The translations under genes and the position numbers were made by a program. Shown here piece after piece: positions 14,272-27,065 of a DNA stretch of 64,000 nt. Below the pieces are notes generated by a model. It worked only from the letters and a program-made list of their open reading frames with translations. It had not been told where the DNA came from and did no database searches. This DNA comes from Heteronotia binoei. Its lineage: Eukaryota. The stretch covers positions 23,498,001-23,562,000 of the forward strand of contig NC_083237.1 of NCBI RefSeq assembly GCF_032191835.1. The letters run 5' to 3'. Every line of letters starts with the position of its first letter. Positions within the stretch are counted from its first letter, which is position 1.

Positions 14272-14840
14272 CATAAGAACATAAGAGAAGCCATGTTGGA
14301 TCAGGCCAATGGCCCATCCAGTCCAATACTCTGTGTCACACAGTGGCAAAAAAAAAAAAAAAGGTTCACAAGTGGGGCTAGAAGCCCTTCTACTTTGCCC
14401 CCCCCCCAAGCACCAAGAATACAGAGCATAACTGCCCCAAACAGTTCCAATAATATGCTTTGGCTAATAGCCACTGAGGGACCTCTGCTCCATATTTTTA
14501 TCCAAACTTTTTTTATCCAAATCAGATGCATAATGACTAGTGTGAAATTGTGTAGCAACCTGAAGAACAGAACAGAATTGGAATGGACCTCCAGGGTTAT
14601 CTAGTCCAACCCAATGCACAATACAGGAAATTCACAAATACACCCCCCGGGGGGGGGGGGGGCTCACAGTGAACCCTATTCCATGCCCAGAATATGGCAA
14701 CCCCCCCCCCCCACCAGGATCCCTGACCAAACTGGCCTGGAGAGGAACTGCTTCCTGACCCCAAAGTGGCAATCATCATTTCCCTGGGTGTGTAAGAAAG
14801 GGCCACGAGAACTAAGCAATGATGCAACCCCTTCCCTGAA
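14272..14840 (-). mobile_element. Two adjacent CR1 3'-end fragments
   Basis: cataagaacataaga and gaattggaatggacctccaggg..atctagtccaaccc termini; approximate bounds. Confidence 0.6.
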
Positions 14841-17199
14841 GTATCCCCGTTAAACATAATGGCTTACTTCTGAGTAAAGGTGCTTAGGTTCAAACAGTAC
14901 AGCAGTTCATACAGAAAATAATCATTTTTATTGCTTTAAATTATTTTAACTTTCCCAAATCCAAGGAATATGAGGCTGGTAATTAAAATAAATTAATAAG
15001 GGTGAATTAAACCACCAATTAGCCTCTGCATACCAAGAAGCTGTGCTGAATTTAGAAAAAGCTCAAGCTATTGTTAAAATCCAAAGTAAACTCAGAAAAG
15101 TGTGCTAGCTGATTTCATTAGTTTGGTAACTGACAATTAAAGATAAGAGGGGTTCCTCCCCCCTCCCCCCGTAAAACAGCATAACACTATATTTATATCT
15201 GGACTTCAAACCTCTGCTGTGAACTTTACTGGGTGATCTTGGCCAAATCATTTACACTCTGCCTCCATTCCACGTCTGAAAAAGTAAGCTATCTTCAAAT
15301 AACTGATTAGGAGGCTGGTTAAATCAGTAACTTTATCATAGGCACTGACTTCTGGTTTGTTTCTGGGCTCAATTCAAAGTATTAATTTTGACCTTTAAAC
15401 CGTAAATGGCTTGGGTTCAAAAGGATTATGTCTGCATGTTATGAATCTGTCCTAGTTTTGAAGTCTGCTACTGGGGCTTTGATAATGGGAACCTGCCCTA
15501 TCGGAAATATGACTGGTGAAGACTCATAGGAAGGTGTCCTTAGCTGCTGCCTACAAGTTATGTAACTCCTTCCTTCAACATGTATGACTAGCACCACTCT
15601 TACAGGCCTTTTGGCATAATATGTAAAACATCAGTTCCACAAGGGCTTTGAGCAGTACCTGGCTGTTGCCTCATGATTTTATTGCTGTTTGATTTTTAGT
15701 GTTCTGTTGTTTAATTTTACTGATTATTGTAGTCTGTGTTTTTATTTATTGTTAGCTGCCTTGAATATTTTTTTTCCAAACAAAAAGGCAAAATACAGAT
15801 TTGGTAATCTATATACAGAAATAAAGCCTCCACAATGGTTCATGTTTCCAACGTGTTCATTACTCTTCCTCACTTGTTGCACAGAGAGCTCACCTGAAAG
15901 GGACTTTGACTGCAGCCCTGAGCAGCAAAAAACCTGGACTGGATTTCTGTCCCAACCTGCAGCGGGTTCTGTGTATGACTCTGCTAAATGTAAAGAAGAA
16001 AGAAGATCAGAGAACCCTAGAAAAAAAGAACACACAAGCTGGGACAGGGGCTATCAAACATCAAAGGGTTAAACTAACAAAGGCAAGGGGGGCAAGGACA
16101 AGAAGGCAAGGAGGTGGCTGAGATCAGCTTCTCAAACTCCTTCTGGAACAACTGAAGTGAGAACAGAACTTAGGAACCCAGGACATCCAATAAGTCAACT
16201 CCAGGTTGGAGGAAGAAGCAGCAGGAGAGGAAACATGTTTGAATTAATGTCTTCAGGCTACACACAAACTTGGGAGAACCTGCTGGAACAGGGTAAATGA
16301 ATAAATGATGTTGCTGGGGAAAGGGGGAAATCAGAGAGGAAGGAATAGTTGTTTGTGAAAGAACAGCAGCATGGGAGAGGAAGGTCAAAAACAAAGAAAA
16401 GCAGGGTGTGAACCAAGTGTCATGCTCTAAATGTTGGTGCATGAGAGATTATTAGAGAGACTGCTGCTGGCGAGAACAGTGGGCTAAGGCCCCTGAACAA
16501 CAGAAGGTTCATATTGACAGGCATTGTGTTAGGTATGTATGGGATCTGCATAATGTAGGAGTAACAAACGAACTTTGAGGAACCCAGGTGCTCAGGGAAA
16601 AGGCCTACACAAGGGCAGAACACTAGGATCAAGAGGAGCAGCATAGGACCTGATAGGGCACATATACAGGGATAGAAGAAATTGTTAAGAGTTAATGGGG
16701 CAGGAATGGGAGAGTCTGCCTATCTTAAAGGCCTAGGCAAGACTGCAAACAGGAAACCATGGGTGGGAGGAGTAATGCTGACTGGAGGTTCACAAGCAGA
16801 TAGATACCTAGTGAAAAGAGAAGAGGGTGTGCAAGGAGGTTATTCTTTGGCCAGGCCCGGAAATGGGAGGAGTTACAGGTGTAAAGAGAAGGCTTGGAAG
16901 TAGCAGGGGGAAGAGTTTGGGAGACGTGGGGGAAGGTCAGGGCTACAAGGTAAGGGAAGAGGTCCATGGTCCATATGCTAAAGGGTTTTGGCCAGACATG
17001 CTAATTATCAGAATGGTACACTTCTTACTGGTTGAGCCTAAAACCGCCAGTCAACCAATGTACTAAAATATATTTTGGAGCAGAAAAAATTTCTCTTTCA
17101 GCCCTGTATAGTGGCATGGGACCACCTATACCGGAGTTCCCAGGCAGGCAGCCCACGCTACACCTGTTGGCCCCTAGAAGTCATTACCTCTCTGCCTAG

Positions 17200-18480
17200 T
17201 ACTGAGTACATACACTTTGGGGCAAGTACTAAGGAAATTACAGGGTGGCTTTTTAAAAAGATGCCTGCGTGGCCCATCCCCGACGTGAGGCGAAGGGGGG
17301 AGAGAGAGGGAGCCCCCTTGGGTCTGGGTGAGAGAGGTGGTGGGGGCGAAGAACATGGAAGCATTTTGTTTGCAGGGGGGGTAGTGCGGGACGGCTGCAA
17401 GGCTCGTAGGTGGGGGGCGGACGCCGCCTTTAACAGGCAGGGGAAGCTGCGGCGGGGGCATTTTTTGACAGGCGGGTCCTTCCCTGGGAACGGGTCTGGC
17501 GGGGGGGAGCAACTGGCGGGGAAAAGCGCGAGGGGCTGGGCAGAGCGAGCGCGAGAGGGAGGTGACCGTTGGCGGGGGGGAGAGAGGAAAGAAGCGCGAG
17601 GCGTAGGGAGGGGCTGGGCACAGCGAGCGTGGAGAACGAGGGGGTAGGGGGAACGCAAGGCAGCGCTGGGCGGAGGGAGGTGACCGTTGGGGCAGCGCGA
17701 GGCGGGGGGTGGGGGTGGGAGCGCGTGCTGAGTGCGCCCTGCTGGCCCGCACGCGCAAGGGCCCCCGCCCGCTGGGATTCCCGAGGGGAGGGGCGGGGCA
17801 GGGAGGGTGTGAGCGGGGAGCCGAGAGCGATCGCTTGCGCTCTCTTGTCCTTTCCTGCTCGCGCTCCCCCCCCTCTTTTTTTTGGCGGAGAAGGGAGGGG
17901 GAAGGTGGAGGAAAGGGGAGGGGGGGTTACCTGGAAGATGAAGCTGCTCCAGTTGCTCGGGTCCATGGCGGCGGCAACGAGCGGGGGGGCTCAGCTCCTC
18001 CAAAGGGGGGGTCGGGAAGGGAGGGGGGAGCGAGTGGGGAGCAGCAGCAACGTCGCGCGGGCGGGGGGGAGAGGTGGGAGGGGGAGCGAGCGAGGAGGCA
18101 GCGGCGCGAGGAAGCCTCGGCGCGCACGCTGATTGGCCCCTTCTGCGCGCGCGCGCCCCCCTAGGCGCCACTGCTTCTCTGGGCGGGGGAGGGGGGTAGA
18201 GAGAGGGGGTGTGGGGAAAGCGGCAGGTAGCGATTGGGTGGGGCCGCAGTGCTCGTCCCCGATGTGCGCGGGATCGCACAAAGGACCCCACGTGTGCTGC
18301 CTGCTGATTGGGCGGAGTAGCAAAGCCTCTGCCCGTGGGGCTTTTTTCTCTTTCAAAGGCAAAAGTTGATTGGTTGCTCCCGAAGCGGCCGCGCGCGCGA
18401 CTAACGGTTGTCGTCTTCCCCTCCCCGTTAGTTTTCAATTACGGTCCCTTCTCACAAAATGGCCGCCAGGTTGAGAGTCC
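17200..18480 (-). promoter_or_regulatory. MAZ: MAZ CpG-island promoter and 5' region
   Basis: Dense CpG; several CCAAT boxes (ctgattggc near 18129 and 18304); GGGAGGG runs; YY1-like AAAATGGCCGCC near 18457. Confidence 0.85.
17931..17966 (-). CDS. MAZ: MAZ first coding exon (MDPSNWSSFIFQ)
   Basis: gccgccATGG Kozak context, CAG|gtaacc donor, phase 0 fits exon 2; resembles the VEZF1/MAZ-family N-terminus. Confidence 0.88.
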
Positions 18481-19989
18481 ATTTGTCCATATTGTTATTT
18501 TTCTTCCTGCGCTCATAATGTGCACTTAAAAAGAAATGTACACCACAGCATATTTTGAATGCGTTTTGTTAACGAACAGAGGTGCGTGAAGCAACGCGTG
18601 TATTTTATACACACTAACCTAGAAATGCGCAAAAGGATACATTACTAGGTTGGAGGCTGCTTACTACTGAAAACATTATTTCCTTTTCAAACACCGTCTG
18701 TACCTATCATGAAACCATGTATGCAAATCCCGATAAATTAATGGCAGTTGCTTATAGGAATTCAGCAGCCTTATAGTGTTGACCTCAATTCCTGCTGCCC
18801 CCCGCCCCGTTACACAATCTTCCATTGGTACTACTCACAAGGAATAAAGATACATGTTTTTCAGACTTTTAGCAATATGCATATCTTTTCTGTTAAAGAA
18901 TAATTTCATTAAATCAATCCCTAACCTTAAATTATCCTGTAAAGGCCTCCAAATGCAGTGAATATAATCTAGAGTTGTCACAACTAGGTACTGGATAGTA
19001 TACGGTAAATTGGGTGGGTTTTTACCAAGTCTACAATTAAAGGCACACTTTTGTGCCTGAGGTTAAGCAATCACAAATGCTGTACACATGTATATGGTCT
19101 ACGTTATCAAACTACCAGTTCAGTTGTGTGAACCCACATTTCAAAAGTTTTTGCAGTTCATAGTTTCCCACTTGAAGGGTTGTGGGAACAGTATTGAAAG
19201 TCCCCACCAAAAGGTAAGACTAAATCTTGCCTATTGTTTGTGTGATTTAGGATTGCCTACGGCACCTAGGTGACAGTGGGCCAGGTAAATTGACCACAGC
19301 CTTTCATAATATTTCGTATTTTATAGCGGAAGAATGATACTTCAACCAACTGATTAAGACGAGGAATTAAGATCCACAAATGTGTTCTAAACCGACAAGT
19401 CAGGGTCAGGAAATGGCCACCGGATTGGCAAGAAATACCCAAACGCTCACTTATGGCAAAGATGGGAATTAGCTAACTGCTTTAATCAAGAGCCGGTGCT
19501 ACTGCAGCAGTAGCATGAATTATGGCTGATCAGCGTAATACCGTGTACATATTTACTCCGAAGTACCATTTCCGGAAGCCAGATAGCACGTTAAAGAGTA
19601 TTTTTAATAAAGTGTGCATATAATTGCTACCCGACTTGCATGCATCCTAAAGAGGGAAGTGCAGTGAGTCTTACTTTCAAATAAGTGGTCAGGAATCCAA
19701 ACTTAATTACAGCAGTCTTGCAGCAAACGTACCTTAAGGTGCCACAAGACTCCTGCTTATTTTTGCTGCAACAGAGCAAACACAGGTACCCATCTCGAAG
19801 CCATTGCCACGTTCGTAGTTAACAGTTTAAACATAACATAAAATGGCTGACGGATTAGCAGCAAGGCAACGGAAAATGACACGTACACCCTTTCCTGCTT
19901 GTATAATCCTCCTTTCAGCCGGCTGCCGCCTGCTCCTCCTGAAGACTCAAGAGGCCAAAAAGTACCAGAAGGTGACAACTAGCAACCCT

Positions 19990-20450
19990 TCACAGTTTTG
20001 GAGGAATAATTATCTCCACGCGCATGCGGGGTGGGAAGTTGAAAATCGGCGCCGCGATCTTAACGGGAGGGGGGAAATACGCATGCGCTTTGGGAAGAGT
20101 CTGGGGCGTAACAGCGAGCCGTGCATAGGGGATACGGAGGCTCTGCGAAAACAATACGCTCGTGCGCAGTACGGCTCGGTGCTTGGGTGTGTCGCGCGCC
20201 CGGGTAGATCAAGGATGTTGTAAACAAATTAGGGCGCCTGCGCCTCTAGCGGCTTGCGGTTCACCGTTGTTAGAAGCTTACAGCGCATGTGCGGCGGGAG
20301 GCCTGAAGCCCAGGCAAATTATCGGGGTCCGTCGGTCTGCCTGTTAAAGATGGCGAACCAAAGACGTGATTGTCGCATGCGCACGGAGGGCAGCCAACGG
20401 TTGCTAATCCTGCTGAAGGATGTGCGCGCATAAAGTAGACTGCTAAAAGA
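19990..20450. promoter_or_regulatory. Small CpG island with NRF1 and YY1 motifs, no gene assigned
   Basis: GCGCATGCG 20020-20028, CGCATGCGC 20080-20088, CGCATGCGCA 20374-20383, AAGATGGCG 20347-20355. Confidence 0.65.
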
Positions 20451-20477
20451 TTGAGAGGACGAAATATATAGAACGAC

Positions 20478-20972
20478 TAGGGTTGCCAAGTCCAATTCAA
20501 GAAATATCTGGGGACTTTGGGGGTGGAGGCAGGAGACATTGGGGTGGAGCCAAGATCAAAGCTGTGACAAGCGTAATTGAACTCCAAAGGGAGTTCTGGT
20601 CATCACATTTAAAGGGACAGCACACCTTTTCAATGCCTACCTTCCATAGGAAATAATGGATAGGGGCACCTTCTTTTGGGGCTCATAGAATTGGACCCCC
20701 TGGTCCAATCTTTTTGAAACTTGGGGGGTAATTTGGGGAGAGGCACTAGATGCTATACTGAAAATTTGGTGCCTCTACACCAAAAAACAGCACCCTCAGA
20801 GCCCCAGATCAATTCTCCATGATTTTCTATGGGGGAAAAAAATCTCCATAGGGAATAACAGAGTTCCCAGCAGACATTTCACCCCTCCCCCCGCTTTCTG
20901 ATGACCCTGAAGCGGGGAGAGGGCCTTCAAACCGGGGTATCCCCTGCCCCCACCTGGAGATTGGCAACCCTA
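20478..20972. mobile_element. hAT-type MITE with TAGGGTTGCCA terminal repeats
   Basis: TIRs at both ends; 8-bp TSD AGAACGAC/AGAATGAC; related fragments near 24.2-24.9, 36.5-36.7 and 38.0-38.5 kb. Confidence 0.75.
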
Positions 20973-23049
20973 AGAATGACTAGGATCTACAGTATAAGGC
21001 AGGGTTTCCGTTAATACAATAGTCTCCAGGCTAAAAAAGCAATTATAAATGACTAATTAAAGTTCATTTTAAAATGTTTTGTTAGCAAGTCGCGAAGCGC
21101 AATCATGTATTGTGTGTTCCCAGATTTCTGATAAAACTTTCCAGAGTTCAAATAACTTCATATAACATTATCTCCGTAATCCTTACAACAACCTATGAGG
21201 GAGGCCAATATTACTCTGGGAATCGAGATTTCAACAGACTGAAAATCCTTTTTGCCCCTGAACTTGTCTTATGTGTAGGGGGTGCTTTTGCGTCATAGCT
21301 GAGGGGGAGGGGGGGAGGGAGGGTTGAATCCAGTTTCAGTGTAATCTGATTCCTACACTAAAAGCAGCTTTATTGTCAAAGTCAGCATATGTATTGGTAG
21401 ATAGTGTTCATCTCTTCTACTGTGAACTAGCTGGTGTTAAAGTCTTTTTTCCCCTGATGGGGGGAAACACCAGCTGCCAAACAACTGTTACAAGCATACC
21501 CTGTCCTGAATCATGTTGTGTTGGCATGTCTCCCCCCCCCCCTCAGCTTTCTTTTCTAGCATTGTTTCTTTGTCTTTATTAGTTGCATAACTGGTAAAAT
21601 TATAGATGTCCAAGTATTCTGTAAAAGGGGAATTGGGGAGGGATGCTTTCCACCAATCTAGCACAAGTGATTAACAACCAGATCTCCTCCTCTGATGCCT
21701 GAAGAATCCAGACCTCAGTGAGGCATAATACAACAGAGGCCAGCCTCCAGAGCAGCCATTTTCTCCAGGGGAACTGATCCATGCAGTCTGAAGATCATGA
21801 ACATATGAAATTGCCTTATATTGCGTGATGCCCCGTCCAGGTCCATATTATCTACTCTGACAGACTGTGGTTCTTCCTACTTTCAGGAAGATGTACTTTA
21901 TACCACTTACTACCTGAAACTTGCAAAGGAACTTCAGAAACAGACAGGAACAGGAGACTGCTGAATTACAAGTTATTACAACACTCAGAGCAATGGAACA
22001 CCCAGGACTTAACAGAGATATTGGCTTCTTATCTCACTACACATGCTAAGTCACTCAATTCTCACTTATACCCAGAAATCATACTTTGTTGGTCTTAAAG
22101 GTGCCACTGGATTCAGATTTTGTTCTGCTGCTTCAGACCAACATAGCTGCCCCACCTGAATCTACCTAAACCTTGTCACTGGAGTGGAGAAGCCAGGAAT
22201 TGAACCTGGGAATTTCTGCATGCCAAGCAGATGCTTGGTTACTGAGCCACGGCCCTTCCCCTAAAATACTTTTCAAATTATGTTTTAATGTATTGGTTTT
22301 TAATTCTTCCAGGAGCCCATTTTTATCTGAAAAGTATGGTGAAGATACAATAAATATTGCGGCTACAAACCTCTGTTAGACCATTGGTCCATTTGTCCCT
22401 AGCCTCTCCTGCTGTGACGGGCAGCCATCCACTGGCCTAGAGGTCAGGCATGACTCTTTGGTATCTTCTCTGACATCCTGCAACTGGGCCATGTGAGGAC
22501 TGGAGCATCGTAGGGAAAGGGTGTGCTGTGCCACTGAGATCAGAACCTTCCTACCTACAAACATGTGGGAAAAACTCTTTATGGACCAAGAAGAAATAAC
22601 CTTAAATGTTCATACACCCATAGGCAAGTAAAGGACTCAGTCACCATCTTTAGCATCTGTATATACTTCTCTGTGTGTTCCTTTCATCTTTTTTCCCTAG
22701 CAGAGTAAATTTTTAATAGAAGAAGCCCAGCAAGAATTCATTTGCATGTTAAGCCACAATCCTGACTCACCATTGTTTCACACGGGGCTTTTGTGTAGAG
22801 AAAGCCCAGCAAGAACTTATTTGCATATTAGGCCACACCCCTGATGCCATGCCAGCCGGAAGTGCGTTCCTGCAAAATAAAAAAAGAAGCCCCTGGCAGA
22901 GTTTATGACCTAAGAGTTTCATGCCAGGTAGACTTTCAAAAGGTAAAGCGCCTTGACTACGGCATCTCCTTTCTGGGATAAGCGCCTCCTCTCGATTTCT
23001 TTCTTGTTGCTTTCCTGTCCAGCAACACCTTCCCAGTCATAAGGAGGAG

Positions 23050-23830
23050 GGGGCATGCCATTATGCTAGTTTAACCACACCACCTCCTGCGACGGCTGCG
23101 AAGGCGCTCTAAAAATACACGTAATAACCAGCTCCTCTTCCAGACTTGGGGGCGGATGATTTGTCCCTGGTTTGATAACCCCACCCGTCTTTTAAGCGGC
23201 GCGATCCCTTTTTCGCCAACCCTTTTCACTTTAACAGCCTCCCCGCCACTCTCGATTTCGCTCCTCCTCTGCCAGGAACTGTGCGCTGCTGGGGTTTTCC
23301 CTGGCAGCCTATTTAACTCTTCAAAAAACCTCAACAAGCTGCCTGCCTGGTAAGTTTTCCCTTCCGTTGATCAGCGACCGACCCCTTTCCTCGATCGGAA
23401 CGGACAATCCAGTGAGTCCTCGACCCTCAGACCCTTTTCATCCTCTGATTGTGGAAGATGCGCAAGCGATCGAGAAAACCCGGAGAGCTCAGATTTGCAA
23501 GGAGTTGCAAGGGGGGCGGGGGAGAGAGGGAAGGATTTTAGTACAACACTGAGAAATGTAGTCGTGGTTTTCCTGCGTCAGAGATCGAGGTCCATTTCCC
23601 TTTCTCGAAGGCTGTGATTTTTGCACTTTCCCGCAAAATGTGGGCCTGCCGGCAGGGGATCCTCACTGTTCTAAACCTTTAATGCGCGTAGTCCTCATGG
23701 GCTGGGCTACTAGCCACAAGTTTCCTTGCCATTGCCTCCGATATCCTGATTCTGCAGTGTGGGATTGGGTGGGGCCTTTGCCTAGCCGCTATGGGGCGTG
23801 GGCCGGATTAGCTTCTGGTTAAAACTCAAC
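23050..23830 (+). promoter_or_regulatory. MVP: MVP promoter, non-coding exon 1 (donor after 23349) and start of intron 1
   Basis: CpG-rich; GGGGTTTTCC 23291-23300; TATTTAA 23310-23316; CTG|gtaagt donor; TSS not determined. Confidence 0.7.
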
Positions 23831-24064
23831 CTGCCCGATTGGTTTGCTCTGTTTGTTGAAGGCTCAAGTGTAAAAAGGCGCAAATAGTTGCCAGTGGTAG
23901 ATACAAAAGGTGTCAACAGATTTCATTCTAGTTCTGGCCCTGCCGGTTGTCGGGGGTGGGGAAGGAGGATGAGTCAGAGAAAGCCCTCCTCCAGCGGTGA
24001 CCTCTTCCCCGTGTTTTCAGAGTTCTGAACATTTGCGTGACTCTCTTCCTCCTCTGGAGACAAA

Positions 24065-24186
24065 ATGGCAGCTGAATCTATAATCCGGATCCCACCCTAT
24101 CACTACATCCACGTCTTGGACCAGAACTCGAATGTGACTCGAGTGGAAATGGGTCCCAAGACCTATATACGGCAGGACAATGAAAG
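24065..24186 (+). CDS. MVP: MVP coding exon 1 ([41 protein letters not shown])
   Basis: Exon starts at 24021 after ttttcag; aaaATGG; AG|gtgagc donor; vault repeat sequence. Confidence 0.95.
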
Positions 24187-25911
24187 GTGAGCGGGAGGGG
24201 AGGGGGCCTGAAGGGTGGGGACCCAGAGGAAGCCTTGCAAATAGGGTTGCCAGGCCCCCATGGCTGTCAGCAGGGGATGGGTTCCCAACTCCAGGCTGGG
24301 AAACTTGAAGATCTGGGGTTGGAGCCTGGGAAGGACAGGGACCTCAGTGGGGTACAGTGCCATAAAGCCCACCCTCCAGAGCATCCATTTTCTCCAGGGA
24401 CACTGATCTCTGTAGTCTGAATTAGTTGTAATTCCAGGGGATTCCCAGGTCCCAACTGGAGTATGGTATCTCTATGTTGCTAGGTCTGAGTTGGGAAATA
24501 CCTGGAGACTTTGGGGGTGGGTCTGGGACAGGGTGGGGTTTGGGGAGGGGCTTCAGCAGGGCTTTTTTGCAGAAAAGGCCTAGCAGGAACTCATTTGCAT
24601 ATTCAGCCACACCCTCAGATGTCACCATTTTTTCACGGAGGGGTTTTTTATGGAAAAAGTCAAACAGGAACTTGTTTGCATGTTAGGGCACACACTCCAT
24701 GCCAAGCCAGCCGGAACTGTGTTCCTGCTCAAAAAAACAGCGGGGGGGGGCTCAGAATGGTACAATGCTGTAGACTAGAATCCACCCTTCAAAGCAGCCA
24801 TTTTCTCCAGGGGAGCTTATCTCTGTCCCTTGGAGATCAGTTGTAAAAGCGAGAGATATCCAGACCCCATCTGGAGGCTGGCAACCCTAGAGAAGTGCAA
24901 TGGATGCCCAGCAGGGTCTGAGCCTCAGCCTAATTTTGGGCCCTTTGCCCCATGGCTAGTAGAGAGCAAAGGGAAGCCAGGACACTGTTACTGCTCTTGC
25001 CTGGAAGTTTTCTCCCATGGCCAAATGCACCTTCTCTTTCTTCTTTTTATTTCTTGAGCATGCATTCCTTCTGACCAGGTTTTCCCTCCTTGAAACTATC
25101 TTCACAGTGCTGATATTTATTCAGTACATTTTTTTAATCCCACCTTTCCCTCCCAAGCATTGTGGATGGCTATGCGTGGTCCCTCCCCTCTTGTATTTTT
25201 CCTCACACCAACCCTGTGAGGTAGGCTAGGCAGAGAGTTACTCGGCTGGGATTCGTGGCAGAGTGGGGTTTTGAATCTTGATCTCCCAGATTCTAGTTTA
25301 CCACCCTAACGGCTACACCTGCACCCCTGTAGCTTCTTAGCAGGAGTTTCCTAGAGCAGCAGTTCCCAGACTTACTGGTAAGGTGAAACAAAGGTCCAGA
25401 TTTACCTGGTGTGGTGACCCAGCCAGGGCTGGCTGAATGTTTCCTGGGCAAACTATGATCTTAGCACCTGTCTGGTTCAGCATTCCTTTTTCTGCAGCGG
25501 CTGTCCAATAAACATTGCATAACATCCAATAAACATTGCACAAAAGGGTGCGGCCGGCCATACTATGAACCCCAAGCAAGCTGCATTTCAACACGCACAG
25601 CCTGTGCATATGGAGGTTTACCTTCCAGCTTTTGACTACCTCTAATCCCACCTCAGATTCTCAGAAGCTCACTCTAGTAACTGGCGGGACACTTCTTACT
25701 CGAACAGCAATATATGCAGTGAAGAAGAAAAAAATACTAGTTAATGTATGACATGATGATACTGTTTCCAGGGCCAGATTTTGGTTTCCAAAACCAGTGA
25801 AGGGCAATGGAAAGGGCAGGGAGTGGCCATTAGTGAGGATTGGCCCATGACCCACTTGTAGAGGCATGGGTCATTTTGGGTCCCAACCAACAGAGAAAGA
25901 CTGTCTTAGAG

Positions 25912-26413
25912 CAAAGGTCCCCAACCTTTTCGGCACCAGGGACCGGTTTTGTGGAAGACAATTTTTTCACGGACGGGGGGGGGGGGGCGGGGATGATAGT
26001 TTCAGAAAGATACAATTGTGCACATTATTTCTGTTAGTTTGGTATAATGGTTAAGTGTGCTGACTCTTATCTGGGAGAACCAGGTTTGATTTCCCACGCC
26101 TTCACTTGCAGCTGCTGGAATGGCCTTGGATCAGCCATAGCTCTTCGCAGAGTTGTTCTTGAAAGGGCAGCTTCTGGGAGACTCTCTCAGCCCCACCCAC
26201 CTCACAGGGTGTCTGTTGTGGGGAAGGAAGATAAAGGAGATTGTGAGCCACTCTGAGAATCGAAGTACAGGCAGGATATAAATCCAATGTCATTGTCTTC
26301 TTATTACTATTACTATATTGTAATATATAATGAAATAATTATACAACTCAAGGCCCGGTAGCTAACAGCTACAGACCAGGACTGGTCCACGGCCCAGGGG
26401 TTGGGGATCCCTG
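25912..26413. mobile_element. hAT MITE carrying a nested SINE
   Basis: ggtccccaacc...ggttggggatccctg ends; perfect TSD TCTTAGAG on both sides. Confidence 0.8.
26033..26302 (+). mobile_element. tRNA-headed SINE (Squam3-like)
   Basis: Box A/B-like head, ctctcagccccacccacctcacagggtgtctgttgt core, ataaatccaat tail; at least five near full-length copies in the window. Confidence 0.8.
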
Positions 26414-26586
26414 TCTTAGAGAAAAGCACTTTACTACCAGTGTTTTCAGGACTTCTCAGGAAGGACATAAATCCACCCTGGTAGAGATCTACTGCCCTGG
26501 AGCTAAGATCTACTTCTCCCAGCTAAAGGGAATCTACAAGCCTGAGAAACTAGTTGCACCTTTGTTCATTTTCCCTCCCTTTTCAG

Positions 26587-26782
26587 GATTGTCTTTACCC
26601 CCAAGAAGATGGTGATGGTCCCTCCACGCCATTACTGTATCATCGTCAATCCGGTGGTTTGGGGAGAGGATAACGCAGTCCAGTTCGATGCGGTGGGGCA
26701 AGTGCGACTCAGACATGCTGACCTGGAGATCCGACTGGCCCAGGACCCTTTCCCTTTGTATCCAGGAGAGGAGCTACAACAG
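26587..26782 (+). CDS. MVP: MVP coding exon 2
   Basis: VPPRHYC...[25 protein letters not shown]; AG/GT junctions, phases fit. Confidence 0.96.
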
Positions 26783-27028
26783 GTAAGGGTAGAGTTTGAG
26801 TTCAGTGGGACCGTTAAGAACTTAAGATCAGGTGTGGTCAACCTTGCTTAATGTAAGAGCCACATAGAATAAATGTCAAATGTTTGAGAACCACAAGACA
26901 TGAATGTCAGATGTTGGAAGGCAGGTAGGCAGGAAAGCAAATAGATTGGGAGGTGGAGGTGGAAAGAAAGCAACATTAACTTAAAGAAAGTCGCCCTGAG
27001 CCCATCAGGGGAGGGTGGGATATAAATA

Positions 27029-27065
27029 TAATAAAATAAATAAATAAAAATAAATAAATAAACAA
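27029..27065. repeat. (AAAT/AAAAT)n simple repeat
   Basis: Direct reading. Confidence 0.7.

Noticed and set aside
17188-17356. MFFAPTT...GGSLSLPP reading faintly like the mammalian MAZ MFPVFP... N-terminal exon
   Set aside because: Similarity is weak and the nearest good donor is phase 1, whereas exon 2 needs phase 0
17158-18438. 426-aa and other long overlapping ORFs
   Set aside because: Pro/Arg/Gly low-complexity products of a stop-poor CpG island; only the 12-codon MDPSNWSSFIFQ exon has homology and splice support
18500-24000. Search for a vault RNA or other Pol III gene beside MVP
   Set aside because: No box A/box B pair with terminal stem and TTTT terminator recognised; vault RNA genes are not known to be linked to MVP
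26033-26110. tRNA-like box A/B sequence, also at 37151, 39846, 47441 and 60499
   Set aside because: These are SINE heads continuing into a shared non-tRNA body; no cloverleaf
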